Translations under genes and position numbers: made by a program | The notes under the pieces: generated by a model | Database searches by the model: none | Seen by the model: only the letters and a program-made list of their open reading frames with translations | Told to the model about the DNA's origin: nothing | Part shown: positions 1 to 28,942 of the stretch, piece after piece | Position numbering within the stretch: the first letter of the stretch is position 1 | How the letters are laid out: each line of letters begins with the position of its first letter | NCBI RefSeq assembly: GCF_009914755.1 | Contig: NC_060925.1 | DNA length: 64,000 bases | Direction: 5' to 3' (one strand) | Source of the DNA: the human T2T-CHM13v2.0 reference genome, Homo sapiens

Positions 1-1080
1 CCACCCACCTCGGCCTCCCAAAGTCCTGGGATTATAGACATGAGCCGCCACACCTGGCCTGAGTTGTGAATTTCTTTATTTAGCTTTGAAATCTCTAGTC
101 TCCTAGTATTGTTAACAATCAAACATTTTGAAGAAGATAGATATTCTATAGGAAATACATTCTGGAAACTTTTGGGAATCGTCTTTAAAGCCCGTGTTAC
201 AAAGCGTGTTATATGAAAAATTGCTTTTGATTTTCCCTAGCTAGAGTAATTTTCTGGAGTTGGAGGTTTGACTTAGGAGAGTCTGTGATATGCAGTGGCG
301 GGCAGAGGATGCCCTGCCCCTCCATTGAGGGCCTTAGTGCAGAGATAGCAGAGGCCAAGCTGAAGTGGTGGAGAGGACTGAGATCGTTGTTTCCTAAACG
401 CTTTCTCGTAAACAGATAAGTTCACTATGTAAACAGTTCATTGTGCTTATTCCTTTTACTGTACTTTAAGAAGAATGTAAATACAGACAGAGCAGCCTGG
501 TTGTGAGGTTGAGACTAGGCCACCCTGTCCATGTGCACTTAACATTCTCCACCCAGAACGTCTGTGGACTGACCTCATTCTTTGTGGCTGCTTTTATGTC
601 ACCTCTGTCTTTTTTCTCCCCTGTGTCCTGGTCCTTGCAGGTTGCTAATTAGAAAATTATCTCTTGAAGTGGGTATTAATGTCATGACAAGCAGATATTG
701 TCAATCACGATGAGATGACACGTGATATTTGTCTATTTAGCAGAATGTAAAGGATTAATTTGGCCAAATTATGGAGAATAATTTCTGTGTTGAATTTATC
801 TTTTAACTTAGCAGTTGTTCAGTGAGGACTCACCATGTGTGCTGGCCAGTTTGCTAGTTATTAAGGATGCAAAGATTCCTATTTATTCCTGCTTACAAAG
901 TACCTGTGTATTTTGTGGGGAAGTTAGAAATGGAAGAAGGGTGTAATCAGAGTAATATATTATTGAATCGAGCTTATTATCTCAAATTACCTTTCCTAGC
1001 AAAGATAAAAGGACTAGAATGAGAATTTGAGTCCAACTTGTGAGCAAGAAGCAGACTCCAGTTTAAAGGGTGTTCTTTGT

Positions 1081-1375
1081 GGCTGGGCTTGGTGGCTCAC
1101 GCCTGTAATCCCAGCACTTTGGGAGGCAGCTGGATCATGAGGTGAGGAGTTCAAGACCAGCCTGGCCAAGATGGTGAAATCCTGTCTCTACTAAAAATAC
1201 AAAAAAATTAGTGGGGCATGGTGGCGGGCGCCTGTAATCCCAGCTACACAGAAGGCTGAGGCAGAGAATTGCTTTAACCCGGGAGGCGGAGGTTGCAGTG
1301 AGCCAAGATCGTGCCACTGCCCTCCAGTCTGGGCGACAGAACGAGACTCTGTCTCAAAAAAAAAAAGAAGAAAGA
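1081..1375 (+). mobile_element. Alu (S-type), CENPS intron
   Basis: Full dimeric Alu with A tail. Confidence 0.9.
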
Positions 1376-1961
1376 AGGATGTTCTTTGTTCTACCTGGGT
1401 TATTGCGGAGGGAATGCATTAACTACTTGTTGGGAATGGGGCCTTAGGAGGTGCCTGCATATGCTTTTTCCTGTTAAGTTAGCCCTTGGAGAACATCAGG
1501 ATCTTGACCTAAGTAAAGCCATCCTTTGTGGAGGTTCTCTTTGTTCTTCTATTTAATGTCTATTTAAGCAGGTGCCCTCTGTATCATGAGGCCCATTTTC
1601 TCTGCACTAGAGTTGTACACTGACCTTCTTGATTTTTCTGTGGCCTTAGCTGTGGCCAAGCAAGCCAGGTTTGGAAGGGCGCTAAGCCCCCAGCCTCCTG
1701 TCTGTGCTCTTATGCTTCGGGTACCCTTGGCCCTAAGCGGAGGTGGAGAGATGGGCCTCCGCATTCTCCATCTCTTTACTTAATTGGGGTCTTAGGAACT
1801 TCACTAATTTTTGTGTCACTTTTGCTTAATGCCCTTTATCTAAAAGGATGGGCTACTTAGAGATCCCTGCTAGTTTGAAGTCTGACCGTGAACTTCTGTG
1901 TTTCATCAAAACTTTAAATAATACCAAACATTTTGGTGACTTGCTTCTGCCCTTTCTGCAG

Positions 1962-2028
1962 ACATGCGAAAAGAACCACAATTAACACTGAAGATGTGAA
2001 GCTCTTAGCCAGGAGGAGTAATTCACTG
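1962..2028 (+). CDS. CENPS: CENP-S/MHF1 (APITD1) penultimate coding exon
   Basis: ctttctgcAG acceptor and GTgaga donor; encodes (R)HAKRTTINTEDVKLLARRSNSL, histone-fold L2/alpha3 of CENP-S; ends in phase 0. Confidence 0.97.
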
Positions 2029-2619
2029 GTGAGAGATGAATTTCTTTCCTCACTCCCCTTTCCCATCGGAATACATTATTCCCAATCAATCACTTGAAGC
2101 CATGAAGTTATTCCCCAGGGCACCTTGCATTAGAAACTAGAGGTGGCTGAACCATTCAGACCTGCCTGTAATTTACAGTCTTGCTTTCATTATGATGGAT
2201 CTTGCTAAGCCAATTTGAAATTTTCTAATCAGCACTCTCTGGATTTTACAATTTGCCTGTTTTTGTAATACCTCAAAACTTTGGTCCCATGTTTCATTTA
2301 CAACATGATGTCAGAGACTGGTCACAGGCCAATCTGCAGGGATAGTTTTGTTATTGTATTCACAGTTCTCCGAATAGGCCAGGTATGGACGGAGTTTCCG
2401 TATGGCTGGATATGCAGGAAAACACATTTTCCATATTTTCAAGTCTAGAAATCATTTGACCAAGCCTCCGTTGTTCAGGTGAAGACCCAGAGATACTCTG
2501 GTCATCCCAGGCTAGTGGCTTTGGCCAGTAGCAGAGCCAGGACAGCGGGGAGCTTTCCTGACTGAGTGTAATGCTAGACATTAAAGCACGTGATGGCTGT
2601 GATAGAATGTGGGCCCCAC

Positions 2620-2730
2620 AAGAGCAGGGGCTTTTGTCTCTTTGTTCTCTCTCCATCTGTGTTGCCTAGAACGCACCTGTGTGCCTGGCACACAGGAAGG
2701 GCTCAATAAATAGTTGTTGAGTGAATGAAT
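2620..2730 (+). mobile_element. L2 3' end remnant
   Basis: cctggcacacag...ctcaataaatagttgttgagtgaatgaat L2 terminus. Confidence 0.7.
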
Positions 2731-2794
2731 TTGTATAGCAGTTTACAGGGGCTTTTCCAGATACTATTTTACGTATATTATTTAATGCTCACAA

Positions 2795-3715
<921 letters not shown>

Positions 3716-3877
3716 TTGAAGCTGCGTTTAATTCTTAGAAATGTAACCCAGGCTTTGGCTTTTCTACCCAAATTCTTTGAGTCAGAGGTGGTTGTGGAGG
3801 GTTTAGTTTCGTTTGTTTGTTTATTTAGGTTTATAAAATGGTTACAGCCAGATATAAATACAGATTTTTTTTTATAG

Positions 3878-4018
3878 CTAAAATACATCACAGACAAAAG
3901 TGAAGAGATTGCTCAGATTAACCTAGAACGAAAAGCACAGAAGAAAAAGAAGTCAGAGGATGGAAGCAAAAATTCAAGGCAGCCAGCAGAGGCTGGAGTG
4001 GTGGAAAGTGAGAATTAA
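3878..4018 (+). CDS. CENPS: CENP-S last coding exon
   Basis: ttttttatAG acceptor; encodes LKYITDKSEEIAQINLERKAQKKKKSEDGSKNSRQPAEAGVVESEN then TAA at 4016-4018. Confidence 0.97.
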   Translation, partial: LKYITDKSEEIAQINLERKAQKKKKSEDGSKNSRQPAEAGVVESEN

Positions 4019-4401
4019 AGTCCCTCGCCGCTTGGAAAGTGCAGCCTTCTACAGGTAGAGCCACCTAGAAATGCATATGGCTGCAAAGGAAACTTTGAAG
4101 GGTTAAATAGAGATTTAAAAAAATAAAATAAAAAGGCTGGGCTAGGGTGCTTTTTGTGCTGAATTCTCCACATTGTTAACTGCCAAAGCTAGTTTTAGAG
4201 AATGAGAAAGTCTTAAGCAAAATACTCCCAGGTCTCACTCCAGAACATAAAAATGGTGTGTGATCGAATGGTATATATTAGAAATTACATCTGTTGTAAT
4301 TAAAATTGTGTGAGCAATTAAACATGGTTGACTTTTTCAAGCAAAAATCAGTTCATCTTTTGATGTAATTTTCTAGGCTAAATGGCAATCTCTGAAAGAT
4401 G

Positions 4402-4407
4402 AATAAA
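4402..4407 (+). terminator. CENPS: CENPS polyadenylation signal (further AATAAA at 4122-4132)
   Basis: AATAAA followed by T/GT-rich downstream sequence. Confidence 0.75.
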
Positions 4408-4510
4408 GCTATATTTATTTAGCTTTTCTGGTTACTAATGTTGTTTTTAAACACATGCCGCCTTTGGTCACCAGGTAAAAGGGCATATGTTTGGGAATGG
4501 CCCTTTTGAC

Positions 4511-9683
<5,173 letters not shown>

Positions 9684-9966
9684 CTAGGATTTTAACATAA
9701 GCAAAAAGACTGTGACAAATTCAAGATTGAGATTTCCCTGCTGAAGGTGTAAACCAGGACTTTGGAAAACTGAAAACAAACATGTTCACTTCTAGAAAGT
9801 GCCGGCAGTTTTGGGTTGCGTTACCTCAATTTATAGCCTTGCCTTGGATGCTGGTCATCTGTAGCAGGTTTGGGTGGATGTTTCAGATTTTACTCGGTGT
9901 CTCGTTGGGCAAAGGGGTCTGTGCATTTGTCTGTGTGATTCAGCAATGAGGGCCTGTGAGGAAGAA

Positions 9967-9980
9967 CCAGCAGGTGGCAC
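9967..9980 (+). promoter_or_regulatory. Candidate CTCF site between CENPS and CORT
   Basis: CCAGCAGGTGGCAC is an exact match to the CTCF core CCASYAGRKGGCRS, in non-Alu sequence. Confidence 0.5.
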
Positions 9981-10164
9981 AGAGAGGGACTCCATGGTCT
10001 GCACTCTCAGCAGTGGTGCCAGCCTCAGGAGGAGAGAGAGCCCTGGGAGCTGGCCAAGGGCAGGGCCGGGCACTGCTTCCCAAACTGACTGTGCCCTGCA
10101 GTAACAGCACATCTCACACCTGACACACACAATGCGAATCATTATTTATCCTTACTACGGGTGA

Positions 10165-11053
<889 letters not shown>

Positions 11054-11059
11054 GGGCCA

Positions 11060-11195
11060 GAGCCCGGCTGCCCCAGGGCCAGCAGTGCCTGGGTGCTTGT
11101 TGGAAATGCAGCTCTCAACTCCTCCCTGCCCCAGTGCATCAGGACCTGCCTGCAAAGTGATCCGTCTGCACTTCAGTTTGAGAAGGCCTGGCCTA
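11060..11195. mobile_element. MER5-like hAT-Charlie DNA transposon remnant
   Basis: gtgcttgttggaaatgcag...gtgatccgtctgcacttcagtttgagaag resembles MER5A. Confidence 0.55.
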
Positions 11196-11519
11196 GAGGA
11201 CAGTGGGTCTGGCATGCTGGGCTGAGAGGCAGTACTGGGAGCGATTCTTGGGGCCTCCTTGCTGACAATTGGGTGAAACCAGCGGATACGATCGTAGCGT
11301 CTCTGAGCCCCCATTGCCTCCTTGTTTCTCTGCCCATAGTAGAAGAATGTCTCTGAAATTACTGGATGAGTTTCAGTCATACTTTCACATGGGCACAATT
11401 TCACATTCAAGCTCCTTATCCTAGGCTAATTTTATATTATGTTAAATCACTTGTTTTTGTTCTCACGGCTTCCTGCCTGCTATAGGCATAATTACGAGGA
11501 AGCAGAACTTCTCCAGAAG

Positions 11520-11840
11520 CAAGCGCACATGCGTTCCAAAATAAGAGCAAATTCGCTCTAAACACAGGAAAAGACCTGAAGCTTTAATTAAGGGGTTACA
11601 TCCAACCCCAGAGCGCTTTTGTGGGCACTGATTGCTCCAGCTTCTGCGTCACTGCGCGAGGGAAGAGGGAAGAGGATCCAGGCGTTAGACATGTATAGAC
11701 ACAAAAACAGCTGGAGATTGGGCTTAAAATACCCACCAAGCTCCAAAGAAGAGACCCAAGTCCCCAAAACATTGATTTCAGGGCTGCCAGGAAGGAAGAG
11801 CAGCAGCAGGGTGGGAGAGAAGCTCCAGTCAGCCCACAAG
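11520..11840 (+). promoter_or_regulatory. CORT: CORT promoter/5'UTR
   Basis: Unique sequence upstream of the ATG; CRE-like TGCGTCA 11645-11651, ATTGG 11717-11721, TATA-like TTAAAATA 11724-11731. Confidence 0.55.
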
Positions 11841-11939
11841 ATGCCATTGTCCCCCGGCCTCCTGCTGCTGCTGCTCTCCGGGGCCACGGCCACCGCTGCC
11901 CTGCCCCTGGAGGGTGGCCCCACCGGCCGAGACAGCGAG
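11841..11939 (+). CDS. CORT: Preprocortistatin exon 1 (signal peptide)
   Basis: MPLSPGLLLLLLSGATATAALPLEGGPTGRDSE followed by GTGAGT donor, phase 0. Confidence 0.96.
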
Positions 11940-12992
11940 GTGAGTACAGTCCCGACGTGGCCACACGCTAGCCCACTCTCTGTCTCTTGTTGGCTTTTTG
12001 GCCTGCATGGTGTGTGTGTGTGCACGTGTGTTGCACTTCACAGCTTGGACAGGACACACGGCTCAACTTTGTAGTGTTCTTGGCTGGCCCGAGGTACTGG
12101 GATGCCGCATTCAGACCACTGATCCTCAGTTACATGTCCCAACCCATGAAGCCTGCTGGAAACCTGTGCAGCTCAAGGAGGGCCCTCCGTCGGGTGTCTG
12201 GGAAAGGGGAAGCGAGTGTACCCGTCCACTGCAGGGCAGGCGTGGAGCTGCGACAGCCCTTCCAGAGCCTTCAGTTATACATAGCACAGGCTCCCACTGG
12301 CTCAGAGTAATTGGCATCATTACATTTTCCGTTGTGAGAATTTGTAACTTCGTGAGGTGATTGATTGTTCTTTTTTCCATTTTGAGAAAGTTCCAAGAAA
12401 GGGTATATAAAGTTGAGCATTAAAAATGGATTTTTCTCTAAAATTACCAGATGAGTTTCAGGCAGGCCATTTATCAGCAGATTACTCCCAGAAGCTTTCT
12501 AAGGAATTTGAAAAACCAGAATATAACGTTTGTTTCAGTCCCATCGTCTCAGAAAGCAACTTGTGAACATCCAGGAGTGTGGCCAAAGGTGGGAGAATGA
12601 GTAAATTAGCCTGATCCAACTCCGGGCTTCTCAGCTGCCAGTCACTGAGGGGAAAATGGCAGATTTCCCGACCTCTCCTAATTAAGGACCTTAGCAGAGT
12701 ATGGAGCAAAACCAGGTTTCTTCCCTTGACTTAAAATGACCAACTTTTCTCTAATTAAAGCAATTTCTTTAAGGTATTCTCTTCACTTTCTCATCCTCAT
12801 CCGTTAAATGGAAATGAGGCTTATCGCTATGGAGCATCTTTTCATTTTAATATTTTCTTTCTCTTTTCTCCAGGGTAGTCTTTTAGATCATTTTTTTTTT
12901 AAGTAAGGAGGAGATTGCATATCTTTGAATGCTTGCTGCCTGAGCCAGATTGCTGAGTTTTCTTTCCTTTGCCATCTGCTTCTCTTTAAAAG

Positions 12993-13211
12993 CATATGCA
13001 GGAAGCGGCAGGAATAAGGAAAAGCAGCCTCCTGACTTTCCTCGCTTGGTGGTTTGAGTGGACCTCCCAGGCCAGTGCCGGGCCCCTCATAGGAGAGGAA
13101 GCTCGGGAGGTGGCCAGGCGGCAGGAAGGCGCACCCCCCCAGCAATCCGCGCGCCGGGACAGAATGCCCTGCAGGAACTTCTTCTGGAAGACCTTCTCCT
13201 CCTGCAAATAA
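12993..13211 (+). CDS. CORT: Preprocortistatin exon 2 (CST-29/CST-17)
   Basis: HMQEAAG...RR-QEGAPPQQSARR-DRMPCRNFFWKTFSSCK-stop; somatostatin-family FWKT motif, two Cys, dibasic cleavage sites. Confidence 0.98.
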   Translation, partial: HMQEAAGIRKSSLLTFLAWWFEWTSQASAGPLIGEEAREVARRQEGAPPQQSARRDRMPCRNFFWKTFSSCK

Positions 13212-13254
13212 AACCTCACCCATGAATGCTCACGCAAGTGTAATGACAGACCTG

Positions 13255-13601
13255 AATAAAATGTATTAAGCAGCAGTGATCTTTCCTCTCCTCCTTCCCA
13301 AGTCATTTGAAAAGTGTTTGTTATTTAAATTCCAATAATGCCCAATACTGACGTGTCTTGAGTAATTTGGAACCCAAAGTGAAGATCTTTGATAAAGATT
13401 TTTTTGTGGTTCGACTGGACTGTGCTGAGTGCGGGCACTGGGCTTTTCTTCTGATGTTCATTATGGTGCTGGGAAGCTCTGTCTTTGATTTAAAATAAAA
13501 TAGCTAAAGGCTACACAATTAAGAGTTCAGAATAACATCTTATTTCAGTTTATGAATTGATATGAATTGTCTAATTTAAAAAATATTTCCCTCACATTAA
13601 A
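13255..13601 (+). terminator. CORT: CORT polyadenylation signals
   Basis: AATAAA 13255-13260, AATAAA 13494-13499, ATTAAA 13596-13601. Confidence 0.65.
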
Positions 13602-13788
13602 AGCAAATTTTTAACATCAGGCTCGAAGAGCAAAATGATTATTCCTCATGTTTTAGCTGAAATTAATTTTAAAACATATTAAACAGAAAACCTGCTGACA
13701 TGCCTGTGAAACTGATACTCGAACTTGCTGTTATGTACCAGTTTTAATTAGTAGCTTAATGGGTTGCAATTCTTTTCATGGATTATAG

Positions 13789-17750
<3,962 letters not shown>

Positions 17751-18139
17751 TGAAGAAAATCCGCTATCTATGCATTAATCTGTGGGCTCATTTCCTTGCA
17801 GCCTTGTGATTGCACGAGTGTTGTCTGATATCATTTGAGCAAGTTGTCAACTCTAAGGTTCTGCAACCTGTAAATGCAGTGCAGCTCCTGGGGAGGGCGT
17901 CTGTCCCCCTGGCTGGAGGCTCTCAAACAGAATGGAGACCCTCACTGTCAGAGCTATTGGGAGGACTCAGGCGGTGGATGGGGGTTCAGACTAGATCATG
18001 TCCAAGGTCCTTAAAAACCACAAGGTGTATAAGATGCAGCCAAAATGATTTAAGGCAAAACCCCACAAACAAGATGGACAAAAACCCTCAAGGTGAAAAA
18101 GAAAAAAAAAAAAAAAAAAAAAAAGCTTGAACAGGTAAT

Positions 18140-23103
<4,964 letters not shown>

Positions 23104-23316
23104 CTATGTGGGATCCTGTCTGGCTCGCTTAGGATTCTGCAGGTCACCAGGTGGTGAGGCCTTGCTTGCTGAGATGCTCCGGAGAGAATGCAAGCTCTGC
23201 GTCTGCTGCAGGCGCAGGGCGAGCTCCCGCTCACAGGCCTCCTGAACAGTCTCCGTCTTCTTTATGTCCCAGTTCAAGGCAACAGCCAGTGCTTTGGGGT
23301 CTTCCTTGGTAACCAA
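23104..23316 (-). CDS. DFFA: DFF45/ICAD-L exon 6
   Basis: ctgcAG acceptor; LVTKEDPKALAVALNWDIKK...NPKRARQDPT-stop; brings total to 331 aa; C-terminal basic NLS. Confidence 0.97.
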   Translation of the reverse strand: MVTKEDPKALAVALNWDIKKTETVQEACERELALRLQQTQSLHSLRSISASKASPPGDLQNPKRARQDPT

Positions 23317-24647
23317 CTGCAGCAAGAATAAAAACCCCTGAGAACTGGGCCTTCTGTGCGCCTCTCCTGCTGCTCTCCTGACTCTCTTTTGGGGAGTGCA
23401 ATGAGGCAGTATCCGTTTATGTTACCTCTTTACACTGAAATGCCGGGTTTCCTTTACCATTAATTGCCACGGGCTTTTTGTTTTTTGAGACGGAGTCTCG
23501 CTCTGTCACCCAGGCTGGAGTGCAGTGACACTATCTCGGCTCCCTGCAAGCTCCGCCTCCCGGATTCACGCCATTCTCCTGCCTCAGCCCCCTGAGTAGC
23601 TGGGACTACAGGTGCCCACGACCACGCCTGGCTAATTTTTTTGTATTTTTTTTAGTAGAGACGGGGTTTCACCGTGTTCGCCAGGATGGTCTCGATCTCC
23701 TGACCTTGTGATCCGCCCACCTTGGCCTCCCAAAGTGCTGGGATTACAGGCGTGAGCCACCGCGCCCAGCCTGCCATGGGCTTTTTTAAGACGGAGTTTC
23801 ACTCTTGTCGCCCAGGCTGGAGTGCAGTGGCGCGATCTTAGCTCACGCAACCTCCACCTCCTGGGTTCAAGTGATTCTCTTGCTTCAGCCTCCCACCACC
23901 ATGCCAGGCTAATTTTTGTATTTTTAGTAGAGATGGGGTTTCGCCATGTTGGTCAGGCTGGTCTCGAACTCCTGACCTCAGGTGATCCACCTGCCTCGGC
24001 CTCCCAAAGTACTGGCATTAACAGGCGTAAGCCACTGTGCCCGGACAAGCATGGGCCTTTTCTTACAACACCAACAGGAAGAAGTCCTTGGAAAGTTTAC
24101 TTGGAGCAACTCTAAGGTCCTCCACCTTCAGGAAATTTAGCCAAGCTCAAGTCAACAGTTTCCTTCCCTTCTATCTACAATAGGGAGGTACTTATGACAG
24201 GGACAAGGACAATGAATCAGAAGTAGCACCCACCCAGGCAGGTTCCCTTCCTCAAGTTTTTAGCTCCCTGGTCTTAGCCAGCAGGCGACGATCCCCTCAA
24301 GTTTGCCTTTTCCTGTGACATTGACAGACCTCAGGACGGACTATAGATCTTCTCTGACCATGGAAAGACCCAGAAGCCATCTCAGAAGATTGGGCCCTGC
24401 TATTCCTCCCTGTCAGGAACAGTCATTTCATTACCAACCTTGGACCAGAGTCTGTTTGATGATCTGAGGAAGTGTATGCATTTTTCTTTAAAGCTATTTT
24501 GATTTAGATTAATGAGATTTTTGCAAATGCCTTGGCATATAATAGGCAAACTGGCAGCTAGGATTCACAGTCTGCAGAGGTGAACAAAAGGGCCCACACA
24601 CCTCTGCATGATACTACTACATCCCAGGGCATGTCCTCCTCTGTAGC

Positions 24648-24671
24648 TCAGTGACCCTGGTTTCCGCCCAC
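24648..24671 (-). CDS. DFFA: DFF35/ICAD-S specific C-terminus read into intron 5
   Basis: In-frame VGGNQGH-TGA after the exon 5 donor gives 268 aa, matching the known short isoform. Confidence 0.9.
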   Translation of the reverse strand: MGGNQGH

Positions 24672-24823
24672 CTCCAAATCCTGACTAGATAAGCTCAGCT
24701 CTGGAGCCTGCTTCTCCCTCAGTGCAGTAAGGATGTGGCTCGCCAGCGCAACGTCCGAGGAGGTCTCTCTGCTGATACCCGTGTCTACTGCATCCACCTC
24801 CTCACCAAAGGCAGCTTTGGACT
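24672..24823 (-). CDS. DFFA: DFFA exon 5
   Basis: ESKAAFGEEVDAVDTGISRETSSDVALASHILTALREKQAPELSLSSQDLE; caspase site DAVD at 24783-24794; GTGGGC donor. Confidence 0.96.
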
Positions 24824-25044
24824 CTGCAAAGGAGACACGAGACAGAGATCAGACGTGGTGTGACCACACAGCCACATGAACAACTCGCCAGAATAACTGG
24901 CCGGGCAAGAGAGAAACGTGCCCGTCCCGCATCCCAGCAGCCGCGGCTTCAGTGGCCCTGGCTACATCACAAATAGTGTCCTCCCAAGGGACGCCTCCAT
25001 CAGCCCTGAATTCTCAGAGTGACTCTGCCTGCAGAGAGTCCTAC

Positions 25045-25886
<842 letters not shown>

Positions 25887-26015
25887 TAGTAGAGACGGGG
25901 TTTCACCGTGTTAGCCAGGATGGTCTCGATCTCCTGATCTTGTGATCCACCCGCCTCGGCCTCCCAAAGTGCTGGGATTACAGGTGTGAGCCACCGTGCC
26001 TGGCCAATTTTTCTA

Positions 26016-26372
<357 letters not shown>

Positions 26373-26687
26373 TCAAAGAGGCCTTCCTCCGTGTTCCAGT
26401 CTAGAGTAGCCTCCATCACTCTCTGCATACCACTGTCTGATATGCTTTCCTGTTGCTTTCTGCCTCCCTTCATCAGAATACAAGTACCGTTAGAGCAGAG
26501 ACTGTGTCTGGCTTGTTCGCCACTGCACACCCAGTGCATAGAACCATGACAGGCACAGGATGGGGCTCAATAAATATGTTTTGGGTCAAGCACAGAGGCT
26601 CATATCAATAATCCCAGCACTTTGGGAGGCCAGGGTGGGAGGACTGCCTGAGCCCAGGAGTTCAAGACCAGCCTAGGCAACCTGTGA

Positions 26688-26828
<141 letters not shown>

Positions 26829-27769
26829 TGAGTAGCTGGGACTACAGGCACACGCCATCACGCCCAGCTAATTTTTGTAATTTTTTTGTTTTTTGAGACA
26901 GAGTCTTGCTCTGTCTCCCAGGCTAAAATGCAGTGGCGTGATCTCTGCTCACTGCTACCTCCCCCTCCCAGGTCAAGTGATTCTCCTGCCTCAGCCTCCT
27001 GAGTAGCTGGGATTACAGGTGCTTGCCGCCACGCCTGGCTAATTTTTATATTTTTAGTAGAGACGGGATTTCACCATCTTGGCCAAGCTGGTCTTGAACT
27101 CTTGACCTTGTGATCCACCCTCCTCAGCCTCCCAAAGTGCTGGGATTACAGGCGTTAAGCCACCGTGCCCGGCTGTATTTTTAGTAAAGACGGGGTTTCA
27201 CCATGTTTGCCAGGATGGTCTTGATCTCTTGACATCGTGATCTGCCCGCCCCGGCCTCCCAAAGTTCTAGGATTATAGGTGTGAGCCACCACGCCTGGCT
27301 TTATTTATTTATTTATTTATTTTTGAGACAGGGTCTTGCTTTGTTGCCCAGGTTGGTGTGGTATAGTCATGGCTCACTGAAGCCTTGACCACCTGGGCTC
27401 AAGTGATCCTTCCGCCTCAGTTTCCTGAGTAGCTGGAACTACAGGCACACGCCACCACACCTAGCTTATTTTTGTAGAGATAGGGTTTTACCACATCAAA
27501 CTCCTGAACTCAGGCAATCTGCTCACCTTGGCCTCCCAAAATGCTAGGATTACAGGTATAAGCCACTGCACCTGGCCTACAAAAATTAAAAAAAAAAAAA
27601 AAGAAAAAATAGCGCAGTGTGGTGGTGCAAGCCTACAGTCTCAGCTACCTGAGAGGTTGAGGTGGGAGGATGGCTTGAGCCCAGGAAGTCGAGGATACAG
27701 TGAGCTATGATCATGCCACTGCACTGGGTGACAAAGCAAGACCCTGTCTCAAAGAGAAATTTTCTTTGA

Positions 27770-28004
<235 letters not shown>

Positions 28005-28351
28005 TAGCCAGGATGGTCTCGATCTCCTGACCTCGTGATCTGCCCGCCTCGGCCTCCCAAAGTGCTGAGATTACAGGCGTGAGCCACTGCACCTGGCCTA
28101 TCCCAATCTTACTAGAGAGAAAACACAAGGAGAGAAGCTAAGCTACTGGCTCAAAGTCGTGGTGACAGCGCTGGGATGTGAAGCCATCTACTCCAACGCT
28201 ACATTCTCTAGCAGGGCATCCCTGACCCCAGCGTCCACCTAACTAGGTTTAGGGTGGATCCCAGGCATTTGTATTAAAAAAAAAATCTGGCCGGGCACGG
28301 TGGCTCACGCCTATAATCTCAGCACTTTGGGAGGCTGAGGCAGGTGGATCA

Positions 28352-28682
<331 letters not shown>

Positions 28683-28799
28683 TTAAAAATTAAGATTAAA
28701 ACAAAGAAATTGCTATGGCAAGTATGGAAGCTAAGAAGGTGCTGGGGCGGGGGGCAGAGGCTGGATGAACATTGTTGCAGGTTGTGGAGGAGGCTTTAC

Positions 28800-28942
28800 C
28801 TGGAGGTCCTCCTCTGATAGGAGGATGATGCTGGACAGATCTTCTTTCAGCTGCCTGGCCACATTCTTCCACTTCAACCCTGCCCCGCTGTCTGTTTCAT
28901 CTACATCAAAGGACTCTTGGGAAATCCAAGCTGTACCTCCAT
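28800..28942 (-). CDS. DFFA: DFFA exon 3
   Basis: DGGTAWISQESFDVDETDSGAGLKW...EEDLQ; caspase-3 site DETD at 28890-28901; GTAAAG donor. Confidence 0.97.

Noticed and set aside
18095-18124. Orphan poly(A) run suggesting a retrocopy
   Set aside because: No recognisable parent sequence or TSD; better explained as the U-rich element downstream of the DFFA distal PAS
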